DNA of 64,000 nt from Myxococcota bacterium. GTDB lineage: Bacteria; Myxococcota_A; UBA9042; PHBI01; JAWLBL01. The stretch covers positions 32,001 to 96,000 of the forward strand of contig JAWLBL010000028.1 in the NCBI GenBank assembly GCA_041687695.1, read 5' to 3'. The notes under the pieces were generated by a model, which saw nothing but the letters and a program-made list of their open reading frames with translations, was not told the origin of the DNA and did not search any database. Positions 1 through 16,533 of the stretch are shown here, piece after piece; position 1 is the first letter of the stretch, and each line of letters starts with the position of its first letter. The position numbers and the translations under genes are program-made.

Positions 1-1507
1 TGGTCCCGTTCTTGCCGGTGTCGGGGACCGCGACGCACTCGAAGCCCACGCACGCCACCCGCTCGCACGCGCCCACCTCGACCGCGGCGCCCTCGCACTG
101 CTCGTCCGTCTTGCACGGGCAGGTCCCCACGCACTCGGCCTGGGCGTTGCACATCTCGTTCTGCGTGCAGGGGTCCCCGTCGTCGCACTCGGCCCCCGGC
201 GCCGGCGTCGACACGCAGCCCAGCAGCGGGTCGCACGTGTCGGTCGTGCACGGGTTGCCGTCGTCGCAGGGGTAGGGCGACCAGCTCGTCGGCTCGGCCG
301 GGTCGCAGACCTGGCAGCTGTTGACGCTGTTGACCTCCTCGGCGAAGACGCACTTGCCGTTGATGAAGCAGGTGCCGCCGACGACCGGGAACGAGCACTC
401 GCCGGTCTCGACGTTGCAGACCTCTTGCGTGCAGCCCAGGTTGTCCTTGCAGTCCGCGTTCGTCTCGCAGGCGCAGTCGCCGCCGGTGTCCCACTTGCCC
501 TGGCACGTCCCGTCCTCGAGGCACACGGCCTCGACGATGCACGCGTTGGCGTGCACGCAGCTCTGTCCCACCTTCACCTGCGCGAGGCAGGTGCCCGCCT
601 GGCACAGGCCCGACGTGCACGGCCCGTCGAACGCGCCGCAGTCCATCGGCGCGCCCTCGCACCCGCCCGCCCCGCAGGCGTCGCTCACGGTGCAGGGATC
701 GCCGTCGTCGCAGCTGGTCCCGGCCTCGGCGGCCTGCGCCTCGCACCCGCCGGTGTCGGGGTTGCACGCCCCCACCGTGCAGGCGCCGTCGCCCGACGCC
801 GAGCAGTCCTTGGGCGTCCCGCCGCCGCACACCCCGGCCGCGCACACCGCGCCGGTCACGCACTTGTCACCGTCCGTGCAGGTCTGCCCGTCCTTGGCGA
901 GGTCGCTGGTCGCCACGCACACGTTGTCGGCGCAGACGGCCTTCTCGCAGGGGCCCACCGGCGTGTCGCCGCAGTCGGCGTCGACCTCGCACACACACGT
1001 CCCGACGCACTCGCCGGCCTTGCACGCGTCGTCCTTGCTGCACGCGCTGCCGTCGTCGCAGGCCGCCCCGTCTTCGAGGTCGTCGTAGACGCAGCCCGTC
1101 TTGAAGTCGCAGGCCTCGGTCGTGCACGAGTTGGAGTCGTCGCAGACCACGTCGCTCCACGCCGTCGTGCTGGCGGCCGTGTCGCACACGAAGCACTTGT
1201 TGTCGGGCTTGGTCTCGAGGTGCGCGTAGCACTCGTCGTCGATGTTGCAGACGTTGTCGCGCTCGGTGTTGACGCAGACGCCCGCCTCGCAGCGATCGTC
1301 GGTGCACGAGTTCTTGTCGTCGCACTCGCTGTGCTTGCCGACGCCGCACGTCTTGGTCTGGACGTCGGGGGCGTCCCCCTTGACGAAGTCCTCGCCGCCG
1401 GCCGCGTCGTTGTCGGCGCTGACCTTGATGTCCCCGCAGCCGGCGGCGCCGATCGCGAGCAGGGCGGTACAGAGGGTGAACGCTCGCGCCATGGAATGGA
1501 GCAGCAT
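1..1507 (-). CDS. Cys-rich repeat lipoprotein (partial, runs off the left edge)
   Basis: Manual translation from ATG 1507 (GGAGA upstream; alternative ATG 1492): MLLHSMARAFTLCTALLAIGAAGC|GD lipobox, then repeated CDDxNxCTxDxC units (CDDKNSCTDDRC, CDDSNSCTTEAC, CDDGDPCTVSDAC, CDDGNPCTTDTC). No stop before the window edge, so it is absent from the ORF track. Confidence 0.85.
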   Translation of the reverse strand, partial: MLLHSMARAFTLCTALLAIGAAGCGDIKVSADNDAAGGEDFVKGDAPDVQTKTCGVGKHSECDDKNSCTDDRCEAGVCVNTERDNVCNIDDECYAHLETKPDNKCFVCDTAASTTAWSDVVCDDSNSCTTEACDFKTGCVYDDLEDGAACDDGSACSKDDACKAGECVGTCVCEVDADCGDTPVGPCEKAVCADNVCVATSDLAKDGQTCTDGDKCVTGAVCAAGVCGGGTPKDCSASGDGACTVGACNPDTGGCEAQAAEAGTSCDDGDPCTVSDACGAGGCEGAPMDCGAFDGPCTSGLCQAGTCLAQVKVGQSCVHANACIVEAVCLEDGTCQGKWDTGGDCACETNADCKDNLGCTQEVCNVETGECSFPVVGGTCFINGKCVFAEEVNSVNSCQVCDPAEPTSWSPYPCDDGNPCTTDTCDPLLGCVSTPAPGAECDDGDPCTQNEMCNAQAECVGTCPCKTDEQCEGAAVEVGACERVACVGFECVAVPDTGKNGT

Positions 1508-1760
1508 AGGGGGGTCTCCCGGAGGTGCGCGTGGTCGTGCTTGGTCCCGAACGAGGCGCATTCTAGGACCGGCGCCGGCCGGGAATCAACCGCCGACCGC
1601 TCCGGTTACAGAGAACTTGGCTCGAAACCTTGCAGGGCGCGCGTCGGTTGCATCCGCGGCGGGGTCGGGCCACGATGCGCGCGATCGACGGGCGGCCGCG
1701 GGGCCCCCCGAGCGGCACCCCAGGCGCCGAGGCGCTCGGCCCTCAGACGGAGCGAGTGAA

Positions 1761-3086
<1,326 letters not shown>

Positions 3087-3157
3087 GCGGACGGCCTGTC
3101 GGCCCGCGTCCGGCTCAGGCCAAGCCTGGAGCCGGCGCGGACCCCGGCCACAGACGC

Positions 3158-3190
3158 CACGAGCCGCGGAGGGGCCCCCCGCGGCTCGTG
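3158..3190. terminator. 12-bp GC stem-loop between convergent genes (possible bidirectional terminator)
   Basis: CACGAGCCGCGG (3158-3169) / CCGCGGCTCGTG (3179-3190), 9-nt loop; no clear U-tract. Confidence 0.5.
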
Positions 3191-3213
3191 TGCTCGAGAC
3201 CTCTCGCGTCGCC

Positions 3214-4791
<1,578 letters not shown>

Positions 4792-5211
4792 GACTTCCTC
4801 TGAAAGGTCCGGTGAAGGGTCCGGGGTGCTTCGAGCGCAGCCGGTGTCGACCGCCGTCGGGCGCGCGGACGCGGCCGCGCGGGCCGCGCGCGAGGCGCTG
4901 GGGGCAGGCGAGGTCGGAGCCTCGCCGAGCCCCCAGGTGAAGTCAAGCGAGCGGTTGCAGGGGCTGCGCGTGTCTGTGGCCCTTCGCCGGGCGCCCCGAT
5001 GACGACCTGCCCCTTGCGTCGGCCGCCGGCGTGCCCACCTTGGCCTTCTCGCGGCGGACGCCGCGCAGGGGTCCTTCTCGGGCTGAGCCGCATGGCTGCT
5101 GGCTCTGACGGAGTTTTTCGAAACGAATGCGTGCGCTCCCTTGGCGGATGGCGCTGGCTTTGAGAGGATTCGTAATGACAGTAGCTCGTAGGAAGCACGG
5201 AGGCTCCCGCC

Positions 5212-5547
5212 ATGGCTGGTCCTGAACGGCCGCGGACCGGAGAGCCGCAAGATGGTCGCGAGACCGTCCTCGAGCGCAGGCCGAAGACGCAGCGTCCTAG
5301 GCTTTACAAAGTCCTCTTGCACAACGACGACTTCACCTCCATGGAGTTCGTCGTGTGGGTCCTTCAGAACGTCTTTCACAAGTCGGAGACGGAGGCCACC
5401 CACCTGATGCTAACCATCCACCACAAGGGCATCGGCGTCGCCGGGGTCTACACGCGCGACATCGCCGAGACGAAGGTCCAGGAGACCTTGGAGCTCGCCG
5501 AGGAACACGGCATGCCATTGCTGTGCACGACGGAGCCCGACGACTGA
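5212..5547 (+). CDS. clpS: ATP-dependent Clp protease adaptor ClpS
   Basis: [39 protein letters not shown]; directly upstream of clpA. Confidence 0.96.
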   Translation: MAGPERPRTGEPQDGRETVLERRPKTQRPRLYKVLLHNDDFTSMEFVVWVLQNVFHKSETEATHLMLTIHHKGIGVAGVYTRDIAETKVQETLELAEEHGMPLLCTTEPDD

Positions 5548-5577
5548 GCGCGCCCAGTTGCCATTGCGGGTGCTGAG

Positions 5578-7848
<2,271 letters not shown>

Positions 7849-7870
7849 CCGACCGGTCGAGGCCTGCACC

Positions 7871-7905
7871 GGCGAGGGCCCGCGGCGTTGCCGTGGGCCT
7901 TCGTC
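7871..7905 (+). terminator. Stem-loop downstream of clpA
   Basis: GGCGAGGGCCCGCGGC-GTT-GCCGTGGGCCTTCGTC, pairing with G-U wobbles; weak U-tract. Confidence 0.4.
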
Positions 7906-7970
7906 GCTTCACCGGCGAGGGCGTCGACGGGCCCGGGCCCGGGGCGGGTTCCCGCGACCCTCCTGGACCG

Positions 7971-8156
7971 CAGGGTGATCGAGTTCTAGTTCGGGCCACC
8001 GGACTGCACGAGCTCGCTCGTGCTCCGGCATGGCGCAGCTCGCTGCGCCCACGAGGCTACAGTCCCATGCCTCCCCGCGCAGCTAGCTGCGCGACCCACG
8101 AGCCCGAGCAAGCTCGGGCAGTCCAACACGCCCGTAGCTAGAACTCGATAGCCCTA
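7971..8156. mobile_element. 186-bp MITE-like element with 10-bp target-site duplication and internal four-hairpin core
   Basis: TCCTGGACCG duplicated exactly at 7961-7970 and 8157-8166. Terminal inverted repeats CAGGGTGATCGAGTTCTAG vs (reverse complement) TAGGGCTATCGAGTTCTAG, 16/19 identical. No ORF. Confidence 0.85.
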
Positions 8157-8217
8157 TCCTGGACCGGAGCGTCCCTTGCCCGAGGCGGCGCGGCTCTGGT
8201 ATGTGGCAGTCTCCCCG

Positions 8218-11200
8218 ATGAGCCGCGCCGAGCGCTCGATGGGCTTGGAGATCCGACGCATGCAGCACGACGCGGGGCCCTGGCGACCGGCACCTGGGAC
8301 GACCATCGACGGGCGGTACCGGCTCGAGCGCGAGCTGGGCCCCGGCCCGCTCGGCGTGACGTGGCTCGCGCACGACGAGCGGATGGGCGAGGCCGTCGCG
8401 ATCAAGGTGCTGCACCCGGCGCTCTTCGCCGCGCCGTTCAAGGAGGCGAACACGCTGCGGCTGCAGCGGGCGCGGGCCTACGTGCACGACCACGTCGTCC
8501 GGCTGAGGGATGTGGTCACTGGCACGTCCTCGGACGGGCGCAACTACGTCGTCACGGACCTCGTCGACGGCCTGGATCTGGCGACGTGGATCAAGCTGCA
8601 TGGAGCCGGGCTGACCACCTCGGACGTGCTGGGGTTGATGCGGCAGGTCGTCGCGGCCCTCGAGTGGATCCACCAGCTGGGTGTCCACGGCAACCTCAAG
8701 CCCAGCAACGTCTTCGTGGACGGCGCGGGGCGGGTCCGGATCTCCGACCCCTGGTACCTCGACGGACGACAGACCATCCCTACGTCGGATCTGGCGCCGC
8801 GCGGCGAGGGCTGGGCGGCGCCCGAGCAACGCGGCGAGACCTGGGCCGAGGGCAAGGAGGCCGATCCGCACGGCCTCGCGCTGCTGTTCGGCCTGTTGAT
8901 CGGTGGCCGCCGCCCGACCGGGGGCATCCCGCTCATCGCGCAGGGGCTGGGCGTCCCGCCGGCCGTCGATGACGTCTTCGAGCGCGCGACCGCGGCCGAC
9001 CGGACGAGACGCCACCGGGACATCCGCGCCTTCTGGGCGGCGCTCGAGGGTGCCTGCGCCGATCTGCGGCTGCCGCTGGACGCGACCGGCCTGGCGACGG
9101 CGGCCGGCCGCGAGACCCTGGTCGGGGTCGCCCCGCGCGTGCCGCGGCGCCCGCCCTCCGGCGACACCAGCGAGGTGGCCATGCCGCCCGGGCTCGTCTC
9201 GGACGGCGACCCCGACGTGACGATGCTCGAGCCGCCGGCGTCGTGGCCGACCGACGACGGTGAGGGCCACACGGCCTCGATGAGCCTGGCCGAGCTGGCC
9301 GAGTACGCCAAGGCGATGGGACGCGAGGTCGAGCTCGCCGCACCACCGCGCCCGGCGCCGCGCCTGGATCTGGTGCCCCCGGACGAGGAGGCCGACGAGC
9401 CCATCGCCTTCGGAGCGGGCGGCGCCCCGCCGCAGGAGGCCCCGCGCCCGGGTCCGTCCTCGCCGGCCGGCGCGCGCGCCGAGGGCGAGCTGGTCGGCGC
9501 GCGCATCCTGGACGCGTCCCAGGACCACGCGCTGTCCGCGGTCGAGCTCTCGGACGTGGTCGAGGTCTCCGAGGACTCGCTGCTCGAGGTGGCGCTGGAC
9601 CCGACGCTGACGACGGCGAGCGACGTCGTGCACGTCATCGAGTCGTCGATCGTCGAGGTGGGGGAGGGCGACGAGGTCGCCGCGATGGAGGCCATCGACG
9701 CCAGCGACGCGATCGAGGCCGTGGACGCCATCGAGGACGTCGAAGCCATCGACGCGACCGGCGCCATCGAGGCCAGCGAGGCGATCGAGGCCAGCGAGGC
9801 GATCGAGGCCTCGGGGCTGATCGAGGAGGAGGCGCCCGCAGCGCCGGCGGGTCCTCCGTCGCCGCCCCGGACACCGGCGGTTCCTCCGTCGCGGCCCGCG
9901 CCGGGCGCGCTCGAGCCGTCGATCCATCTCGACGACGTGTCGCTGCTCGAGGTGGGCGCCGAGCCCTCCAGCATCCAGCTCACGGACTTTTCACTGCTGG
10001 ACGTCACCGATGCCAGCGCCGGCGCGCAGGCGTCCTCGTCCGACAGCCGGCCCTTCGACACGGCGACGCTGCCGCGCCCGAGCCTGGCCGGCCTGAGGAC
10101 GGTCGACGGGCCCGGGCCGCGCGGCCCACGGACCGAGACCAGCCGCGACGTGTCGCTGCTGGTGTCCTCTCCGGCCACCGCCGGCGCCGCCGGGGCCAGG
10201 GTCCCGGTGATGCTGCGCCGGCGCCGCAACCCGATGGTGTTCGTGGCGATCGGCCTGGCCGTGGTCGCGCTGGTCGTGGCCGGCCTGGTCGTGGCGAAGA
10301 TCATGGGCGAGGAGTCGACGGACCCGGGGCCGACGGCGTCGGCGGGGCCGGCGCCGGTGAGCGCCGCCGTCGATCCTCCGGCGCCCGGCCCTGGCGCCCA
10401 GACGCCGGCCGCCGAAGCGGACGCGGGCCCTGGCAGCGCCCTGGTGGCGGCAGCGGCGCCGGACGCGGCGGCGACGCCCGAGGCGGCCGCCGACGCCGGG
10501 GCCGCAGCCCAGGGGACCGACGTGGCCAGCGCCGCCGAGGTGGCCGTGGCCGCTGCGGCCGAGGGCGCGGACGCCGGGGCGGCCGCCAGCGCGGACGCCG
10601 GGGCGGTCGCCAGCGCGGACGCGGGCGCCGTGGCTCAGGCCGGTGACGCGGGGGACAAGGAGGCCGGATCGGCCACGGTCGCGACCGTGCCCACCGAGGG
10701 GAGCGCCGCCGCGCAGGCGGGCGCCGCCGACGTGGCCGCGCAGGCCGCCGGTGCGAAGGCCGAGGCTGAGGGCCAGGACCAGGGCGGTGGGAAGCCCGAC
10801 GACGGCGAGGCCGTGGCGGGCGGCTCCGACGGCGGGGACGAAGATGACGGCGGCGAGGCCAAGGCCGAGGCGCCGCGCACCAAGGCGACCTTCGTGCCGA
10901 CGGATCCCGACGCGCTGAAGTGCCCGGCGGGCATGGCGCGCATCCGGCGCAAGACGACGGTCGTGCTGGACGACGGGGCCAAGGTGCAGGACTGGAACGT
11001 CTACTGCATCGAGCGGCACGAGTTCCCCGGCGCCGGGCGGCCGCCGCGGACCAACGTGGGCCTGGGCGAGGCCAAGGCGGCCTGCAAGGCGCGCGGGCGG
11101 CGGCTGTGCACGCGCAGCGAGTGGCGCGGGGCCTGCGGCGGCAAGTACCCGTACGGCAGCAAGTACGATCCCAAGGCGTGCAACATGGTCGCCGACAACG

Positions 11201-11427
11201 GGCTGCCCAAGCCGCTGGCGGCGTCCGGGTCGCTGAGCAAGTGCAAGAGCGGCTGGGGCGTGTACGACATGGTCGGCAACGCGGCGGAGTGGACGTCGGA
11301 CGGGTTCGTCAACGGCGGCAGCGCGTACAAGGACGGCGAGAGCGGCACCTGCGGGCGGTCGAGCCGACGGACGGGCGGCCACCCGTATGTCGGTTTCCGC
11401 TGTTGCGCGGACGCCGAGGCCGAGTAG
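8218..11427 (+). CDS. Ser/Thr kinase-like (probable pseudokinase) membrane protein with C-terminal FGE-sulfatase (SUMF1-like) domain
   Basis: [26 protein letters not shown]; long acidic/Pro-rich linker; RRRRN followed by a TM helix; C-terminal [39 protein letters not shown]. Start uncertain (8218, 8239 or 8260). Confidence 0.85.
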   Translation: MSRAERSMGLEIRRMQHDAGPWRPAPGTTIDGRYRLERELGPGPLGVTWLAHDERMGEAVAIKVLHPALFAAPFKEANTLRLQRARAYVHDHVVRLRDVVTGTSSDGRNYVVTDLVDGLDLATWIKLHGAGLTTSDVLGLMRQVVAALEWIHQLGVHGNLKPSNVFVDGAGRVRISDPWYLDGRQTIPTSDLAPRGEGWAAPEQRGETWAEGKEADPHGLALLFGLLIGGRRPTGGIPLIAQGLGVPPAVDDVFERATAADRTRRHRDIRAFWAALEGACADLRLPLDATGLATAAGRETLVGVAPRVPRRPPSGDTSEVAMPPGLVSDGDPDVTMLEPPASWPTDDGEGHTASMSLAELAEYAKAMGREVELAAPPRPAPRLDLVPPDEEADEPIAFGAGGAPPQEAPRPGPSSPAGARAEGELVGARILDASQDHALSAVELSDVVEVSEDSLLEVALDPTLTTASDVVHVIESSIVEVGEGDEVAAMEAIDASDAIEAVDAIEDVEAIDATGAIEASEAIEASEAIEASGLIEEEAPAAPAGPPSPPRTPAVPPSRPAPGALEPSIHLDDVSLLEVGAEPSSIQLTDFSLLDVTDASAGAQASSSDSRPFDTATLPRPSLAGLRTVDGPGPRGPRTETSRDVSLLVSSPATAGAAGARVPVMLRRRRNPMVFVAIGLAVVALVVAGLVVAKIMGEESTDPGPTASAGPAPVSAAVDPPAPGPGAQTPAAEADAGPGSALVAAAAPDAAATPEAAADAGAAAQGTDVASAAEVAVAAAAEGADAGAAASADAGAVASADAGAVAQAGDAGDKEAGSATVATVPTEGSAAAQAGAADVAAQAAGAKAEAEGQDQGGGKPDDGEAVAGGSDGGDEDDGGEAKAEAPRTKATFVPTDPDALKCPAGMARIRRKTTVVLDDGAKVQDWNVYCIERHEFPGAGRPPRTNVGLGEAKAACKARGRRLCTRSEWRGACGGKYPYGSKYDPKACNMVADNGLPKPLAASGSLSKCKSGWGVYDMVGNAAEWTSDGFVNGGSAYKDGESGTCGRSSRRTGGHPYVGFRCCADAEAE

Positions 11428-11455
11428 GCTCCCGCCCCGCATCCTCAAGACCGGC

Positions 11456-11468
11456 GGGGGGGGGGGGG
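11456..11468 (+). repeat. G13 homopolymer abutting the purB ribosome-binding site
   Basis: 13 consecutive G followed by AGTCATG (purB ATG at 11473). Confidence 0.85.
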
Positions 11469-11472
11469 AGTC

Positions 11473-12777
<1,305 letters not shown>

Positions 12778-12787
12778 CGGTTCGCCG

Positions 12788-13351
12788 TCAGGGGGCCAGG
12801 CGGCTGTCGCGGCGCACCCAGCCCACGACCTCCTCGTGGGGCAGCGGGTGCGCCACGGCCTCGCCGTACGAGCGCAGCACGCTCTCGAAGTCGCCGGCCA
12901 GGTCGCCGGCCCGCCCCGGCAGCCCCAGCGCCTCGGCCCCGACGATGCCCATCGGCGGCTCGTAGGGCACGTCCCAGGGCACCTCGAGGTCGGCGTCCTC
13001 GCCGTCCTTCCACTGAGGCTTGCCGGCCAGGAACAGCTTCATCACGGGGTTGGCCCCCATGAAGCGACGCCACGCCAGGAAGGGCTGCTCGGGCATGGCG
13101 CGGCTCACCAGGACGGCGACGGTGAAGATCGTCTGCAGATCCTCGGCCAGCAGCAGGGCCGCCTCGGCCTCGCGCGGGGCGGTCGCCACGAACCCGACCC
13201 ACTCGCCGGGCTCGGGGTGGTAGCCCCGCGGCGGCGGCGCGTCGCGGCGCGTGTATCCTTTGGCCCGCAGGGCCGCGTCGACGGCCTGGACGGCCCGCGG
13301 GACGTCGAAGCCGGGCAAGATGAGGGCGGCGGTGCTGGGGTGGCCGATCAT
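12788..13351 (-). CDS. Hypothetical protein (187 aa)
   Basis: C-terminal part of ORF 12788..15160 from ATG 13351 (MIGHPSTAALILPG) has normal protein composition and fills the gap between purB and the divergent gene. Confidence 0.65.
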   Translation of the reverse strand: MIGHPSTAALILPGFDVPRAVQAVDAALRAKGYTRRDAPPPRGYHPEPGEWVGFVATAPREAEAALLLAEDLQTIFTVAVLVSRAMPEQPFLAWRRFMGANPVMKLFLAGKPQWKDGEDADLEVPWDVPYEPPMGIVGAEALGLPGRAGDLAGDFESVLRSYGEAVAHPLPHEEVVGWVRRDSRLAP

Positions 13352-13402
13352 GAGCGAATGATGGTGGGGCCCGAGGTGGACTGCAAGCCCGCACCTCATG
13401 TA

Positions 13403-15226
13403 ATGAACCCGCCGGTGAGCACCCTGTCCCCCGCGCCCTCGCTGGACCCGACGCCCCCCTCCGCCGGACCCGACGCGGCCGCGCGCTGGACCGCGGCGGC
13501 TGCCAGGCTGCGGCGCGACGGGCCGTTCTGGCTCGCCTTCCTCGGCGCCACCGTGTTCAGCGTGGCGCCCTTGTGGACGGCCGCCGTCCCGCCGCTGGGC
13601 TCCTTCGCGACCGAGCTGCCCCCCGCGGCGCTCCTGGCGGCCGGCGACGGCTCGTCGCTCATGGCCACGCTCGAGCTCGAGGCCGGCGCCGCCGGACCCG
13701 TCACCGGCCTGTGGGCCGCGCTCGGCGGCGTGCTCGGCCTCATCACCGCCGGCAAGCTCCTGCTGACCCTGGCCGCCGTCGCCGTCCCCCTCGCGGCCGC
13801 CCGCTGGCTGGCCGTCGCAGGCCGCCCACGCTGGTTCGCCTTCCTGGCCTTCCCGCTCGCCTACAACGCCGAGCTGGTCGGCGGGCAGCTCTCCGACGCG
13901 CTGGCCATCCCGCTGGTCGTCCTCGCGCTGGCCGAGCTGGTCGCCGTCCACCGCCGCTGGTCGTGGGCGCGGCTGGCCGTCGTGTCTCCCCTCGCCGTCG
14001 CGGCCGGCTGGCTCTCTCCCTGGCTCTCGATGGCCCTGGTCGTCGGCGCCGCCGCCCTGGTCGCGACCCTGCCGGCGCGCCGCCTCGAGCTGCTCCGCCT
14101 GACCCTGGCCGCCGCCCTCGCCACCCTCGGCGTCCTCTCCGGGGGCCTGCTGGGCCCCGCCCTCGCCGTCACCGTCGCTCCGCCGGTCCCGGCCGCCCTC
14201 GACCTGTTCACCCGCCTGGGCGCCGAGACCATCGAGCACTGGACGGGCCTGTTCGACGACTGGAGCTTCGTCGTGCTGGTCGGCGCCATCGTCTCGGGGC
14301 TGTTCTGGCGCAGCGAGGCCGGCCGCGCGCGCCTCGGCCGCTCGCCCCTGGCCGTCGAGTGGACCACCGGCGCGCTGGCCATGGCCCTGGTCGCCAGCGC
14401 GCTGGGGCTCTGGCCCGCCGGCCGCGGCTCCGCCCTGGACGGCCTCGTCCCGTTGGTCCTGCTCGTCGGCCTGGGTTGGCTCGAGCTGCCCCCGGGACGC
14501 CTGGGGCGCCGCGGCGTCCCCGCCGCCATGGTCGGCCTGGCGCTGGTGTTCCCCTGGTCGGTCCGCGCCGCCGTAGACGCCTTCGAGGCCCACGAGCTGC
14601 CCCCCGCGCTGGTCCAGCTGGTCGACGGCCTGCCCACCGACGCGCGCCTGGCCGTCCTGGACGAGGCCGGCCGCGCCGAGGTCCTGCGCGGCGCCCCCCG
14701 CGAGCTGCTCCACGCCGTGCACATGGCCCTCAACGGCGGCCTGCCGTCCGGCGCGCCCGACGCAGGCGACTCGGACGGCGTCCGAGGCCGCGCCGAGGCG
14801 GCCGTCCCGGAGGTCACCGGCCCGGCCCACCGCTTCATGGCGACCCAGGCGGCCTGCTGGTACGGCTACCTGCTGCTCGGCACGCGCGACACCCCCAGCT
14901 GGGGACACCTCGCCTCGCGGGTGACCTACCTGGGGCACACCGGCCCCTGGTCGCTGTGGCGCCTCGAGCACGCGCGCATGCCCCACTGCCGGTCGCGCCC
15001 CGAGTGGCTGCCCCAGCTGCCCTCCGAGCCGACCGACCCCCGCGAGGCCCAGGCCGCGCCCGCCGAGCCCGCGTCGGCCGTCCAGGCCCCCCGGCCACGC
15101 CGGGCGCTCCCCAGCCGCCTCGGCTTGCGCGTCGGGCACGCCCGCGGCCGCGACCTCCACGATCGCTACGCGCCCCCAGAGGCCCCCGAGCGATCGGCGT
15201 TGCCCCCGCGCGGCGCGATCCCGTAG
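13403..15226 (+). CDS. Multi-pass membrane protein (possibly GT-C glycosyltransferase-like)
   Basis: About 10-12 hydrophobic segments followed by a soluble C-terminal region; ATG 13403. The function is a weak inference from topology. Confidence 0.65.
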   Translation: MNPPVSTLSPAPSLDPTPPSAGPDAAARWTAAAARLRRDGPFWLAFLGATVFSVAPLWTAAVPPLGSFATELPPAALLAAGDGSSLMATLELEAGAAGPVTGLWAALGGVLGLITAGKLLLTLAAVAVPLAAARWLAVAGRPRWFAFLAFPLAYNAELVGGQLSDALAIPLVVLALAELVAVHRRWSWARLAVVSPLAVAAGWLSPWLSMALVVGAAALVATLPARRLELLRLTLAAALATLGVLSGGLLGPALAVTVAPPVPAALDLFTRLGAETIEHWTGLFDDWSFVVLVGAIVSGLFWRSEAGRARLGRSPLAVEWTTGALAMALVASALGLWPAGRGSALDGLVPLVLLVGLGWLELPPGRLGRRGVPAAMVGLALVFPWSVRAAVDAFEAHELPPALVQLVDGLPTDARLAVLDEAGRAEVLRGAPRELLHAVHMALNGGLPSGAPDAGDSDGVRGRAEAAVPEVTGPAHRFMATQAACWYGYLLLGTRDTPSWGHLASRVTYLGHTGPWSLWRLEHARMPHCRSRPEWLPQLPSEPTDPREAQAAPAEPASAVQAPRPRRALPSRLGLRVGHARGRDLHDRYAPPEAPERSALPPRGAIP

Positions 15227-15258
15227 GGTAGCCGCCTCCCGAGTTGGACGGAGGGACG

Positions 15259-16533
15259 ATGAGACGTCGAATGATGGCAGGCCTCCTCGTGGCCGCGGCC
15301 CTGGTAGGCGCGCCTGCGTGCGGCGACGGCAGCAGCCAGGGCGCCGTGGGCGACGCCGCCGTAGAGGGTGACGCCGCGAAGTCGGACGACGCCGCCGAGG
15401 GCGACGCCGCGACGCAGGACGACGCCACGGCGGCCGACACCGTCGAGGACACTCAGCTGGTGGGCGATCCGACCTGCGAGAGCCGCGACGACCTGGTGGT
15501 CCTGGTGGACGGCCTCAGCCTCAACCTGTTGGGCGGCGTCTCCGAGGCCATCGCCATCGACGTCCCCGCGGGCGCCGTGGCCGTGACGGCCGCCGTCATC
15601 GGTGACGAGGACGGCATGTACACCATCGAGAGCTGGAAGGCCGGCGCGGTGGACCTGGTGACGGCGGGCTGGATGTCCAGCGACAAGGGGACGCAGCTGG
15701 GCGTCTGCCTGGGCTGCAAGAACCGCGTCTCGCTCAGCGAGGCCGCGAGCGCCGCCATCGTGCCCAACAACCCCGACGCCTCGCTGCCCCCCGGCGAGCA
15801 CGTCCTGCGCGTCGCCGGCATGTCCTCGCAGGGCGCCCCCAAGAACGGCGCGGTCCAGGTGCAGGTCTACGCCAAGGTGCTGCCCAGCGCGCCGACCACG
15901 GGCCGGCTCGACCTCAACCTGCACTTCACCGGCGCCCGGGGTTGGACCGCGGCCACCGCCCAGGACGACCCGGAGTTCCTGGCCATCCTCGACGAGGTGC
16001 GCGGCATCTACGGGCAGGTCGGCGTCACCCTGGGCGACATCACCTGGCAGGACGTGGACGAGAAGTTCCGCGTCATCGAGACGCTGCAAGGGCCCGGCAG
16101 CGATCTGATGGAGATGTTCCGCGCCTCGTCGGCCAACGAGCTCAACGCCGCCAACCTGTTCTTCGTCGACGAGCTGACCAGCCCCTTCGGGGTGGTGCTG
16201 GGCGTCGCGGGCGGCGTCCCAGGCCCTCCGATGATGCAGGGCACCTCGCGCAGCGGCGTCGCCGTGGTCGTCAATTCCCCTCCGGGCATGGCCGACAGCG
16301 TGGCCACGACCATGGCGCACGAGCTGGGGCACTTCCTGGGCTTGTTCCACACCAGCGAGAACGAGCTCTTCGCGATCCTGACCGGCGGCCCCGTCCACGA
16401 CCCGCTGCCCGACACGCCCGAGAGCGACAACTCGTGGCTCATGCACAACCAGGGCGTCGGCCACAAGCTCAGTGAATGGCAGGGCCGGGTCATCCGTTCC
16501 AATCCCTGGGTCTGCCATCCGGAGGGGCTGTGA
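15259..16533 (+). CDS. Lipoprotein zinc metalloprotease (metzincin, M43/pappalysin-like)
   Basis: Lipobox GAPAC|GD; HELGHFLGLFHT (HExxHxxGxxH); DPLPDTP; Met-turn NSWLM. Confidence 0.85.
   Translation: MRRRMMAGLLVAAALVGAPACGDGSSQGAVGDAAVEGDAAKSDDAAEGDAATQDDATAADTVEDTQLVGDPTCESRDDLVVLVDGLSLNLLGGVSEAIAIDVPAGAVAVTAAVIGDEDGMYTIESWKAGAVDLVTAGWMSSDKGTQLGVCLGCKNRVSLSEAASAAIVPNNPDASLPPGEHVLRVAGMSSQGAPKNGAVQVQVYAKVLPSAPTTGRLDLNLHFTGARGWTAATAQDDPEFLAILDEVRGIYGQVGVTLGDITWQDVDEKFRVIETLQGPGSDLMEMFRASSANELNAANLFFVDELTSPFGVVLGVAGGVPGPPMMQGTSRSGVAVVVNSPPGMADSVATTMAHELGHFLGLFHTSENELFAILTGGPVHDPLPDTPESDNSWLMHNQGVGHKLSEWQGRVIRSNPWVCHPEGL

Noticed and set aside
1618..1634. Sigma54 promoter TGGCTCG..TTGCA
   Set aside because: GG-to-GC spacing is 11 rather than the strict 10.
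4792..5403. N-terminal extension of pckA (729-aa ORF) and ORF 4788..5213
   Set aside because: Overlaps the divergent clpS gene; homology-like sequence and the RBS begin at ATG 4791.
8001..8124. tRNA-like cloverleaf (also 30250-30364)
   Set aside because: 2-nt loops, no T-loop or anticodon loop, and no NCCA after the closing stem.
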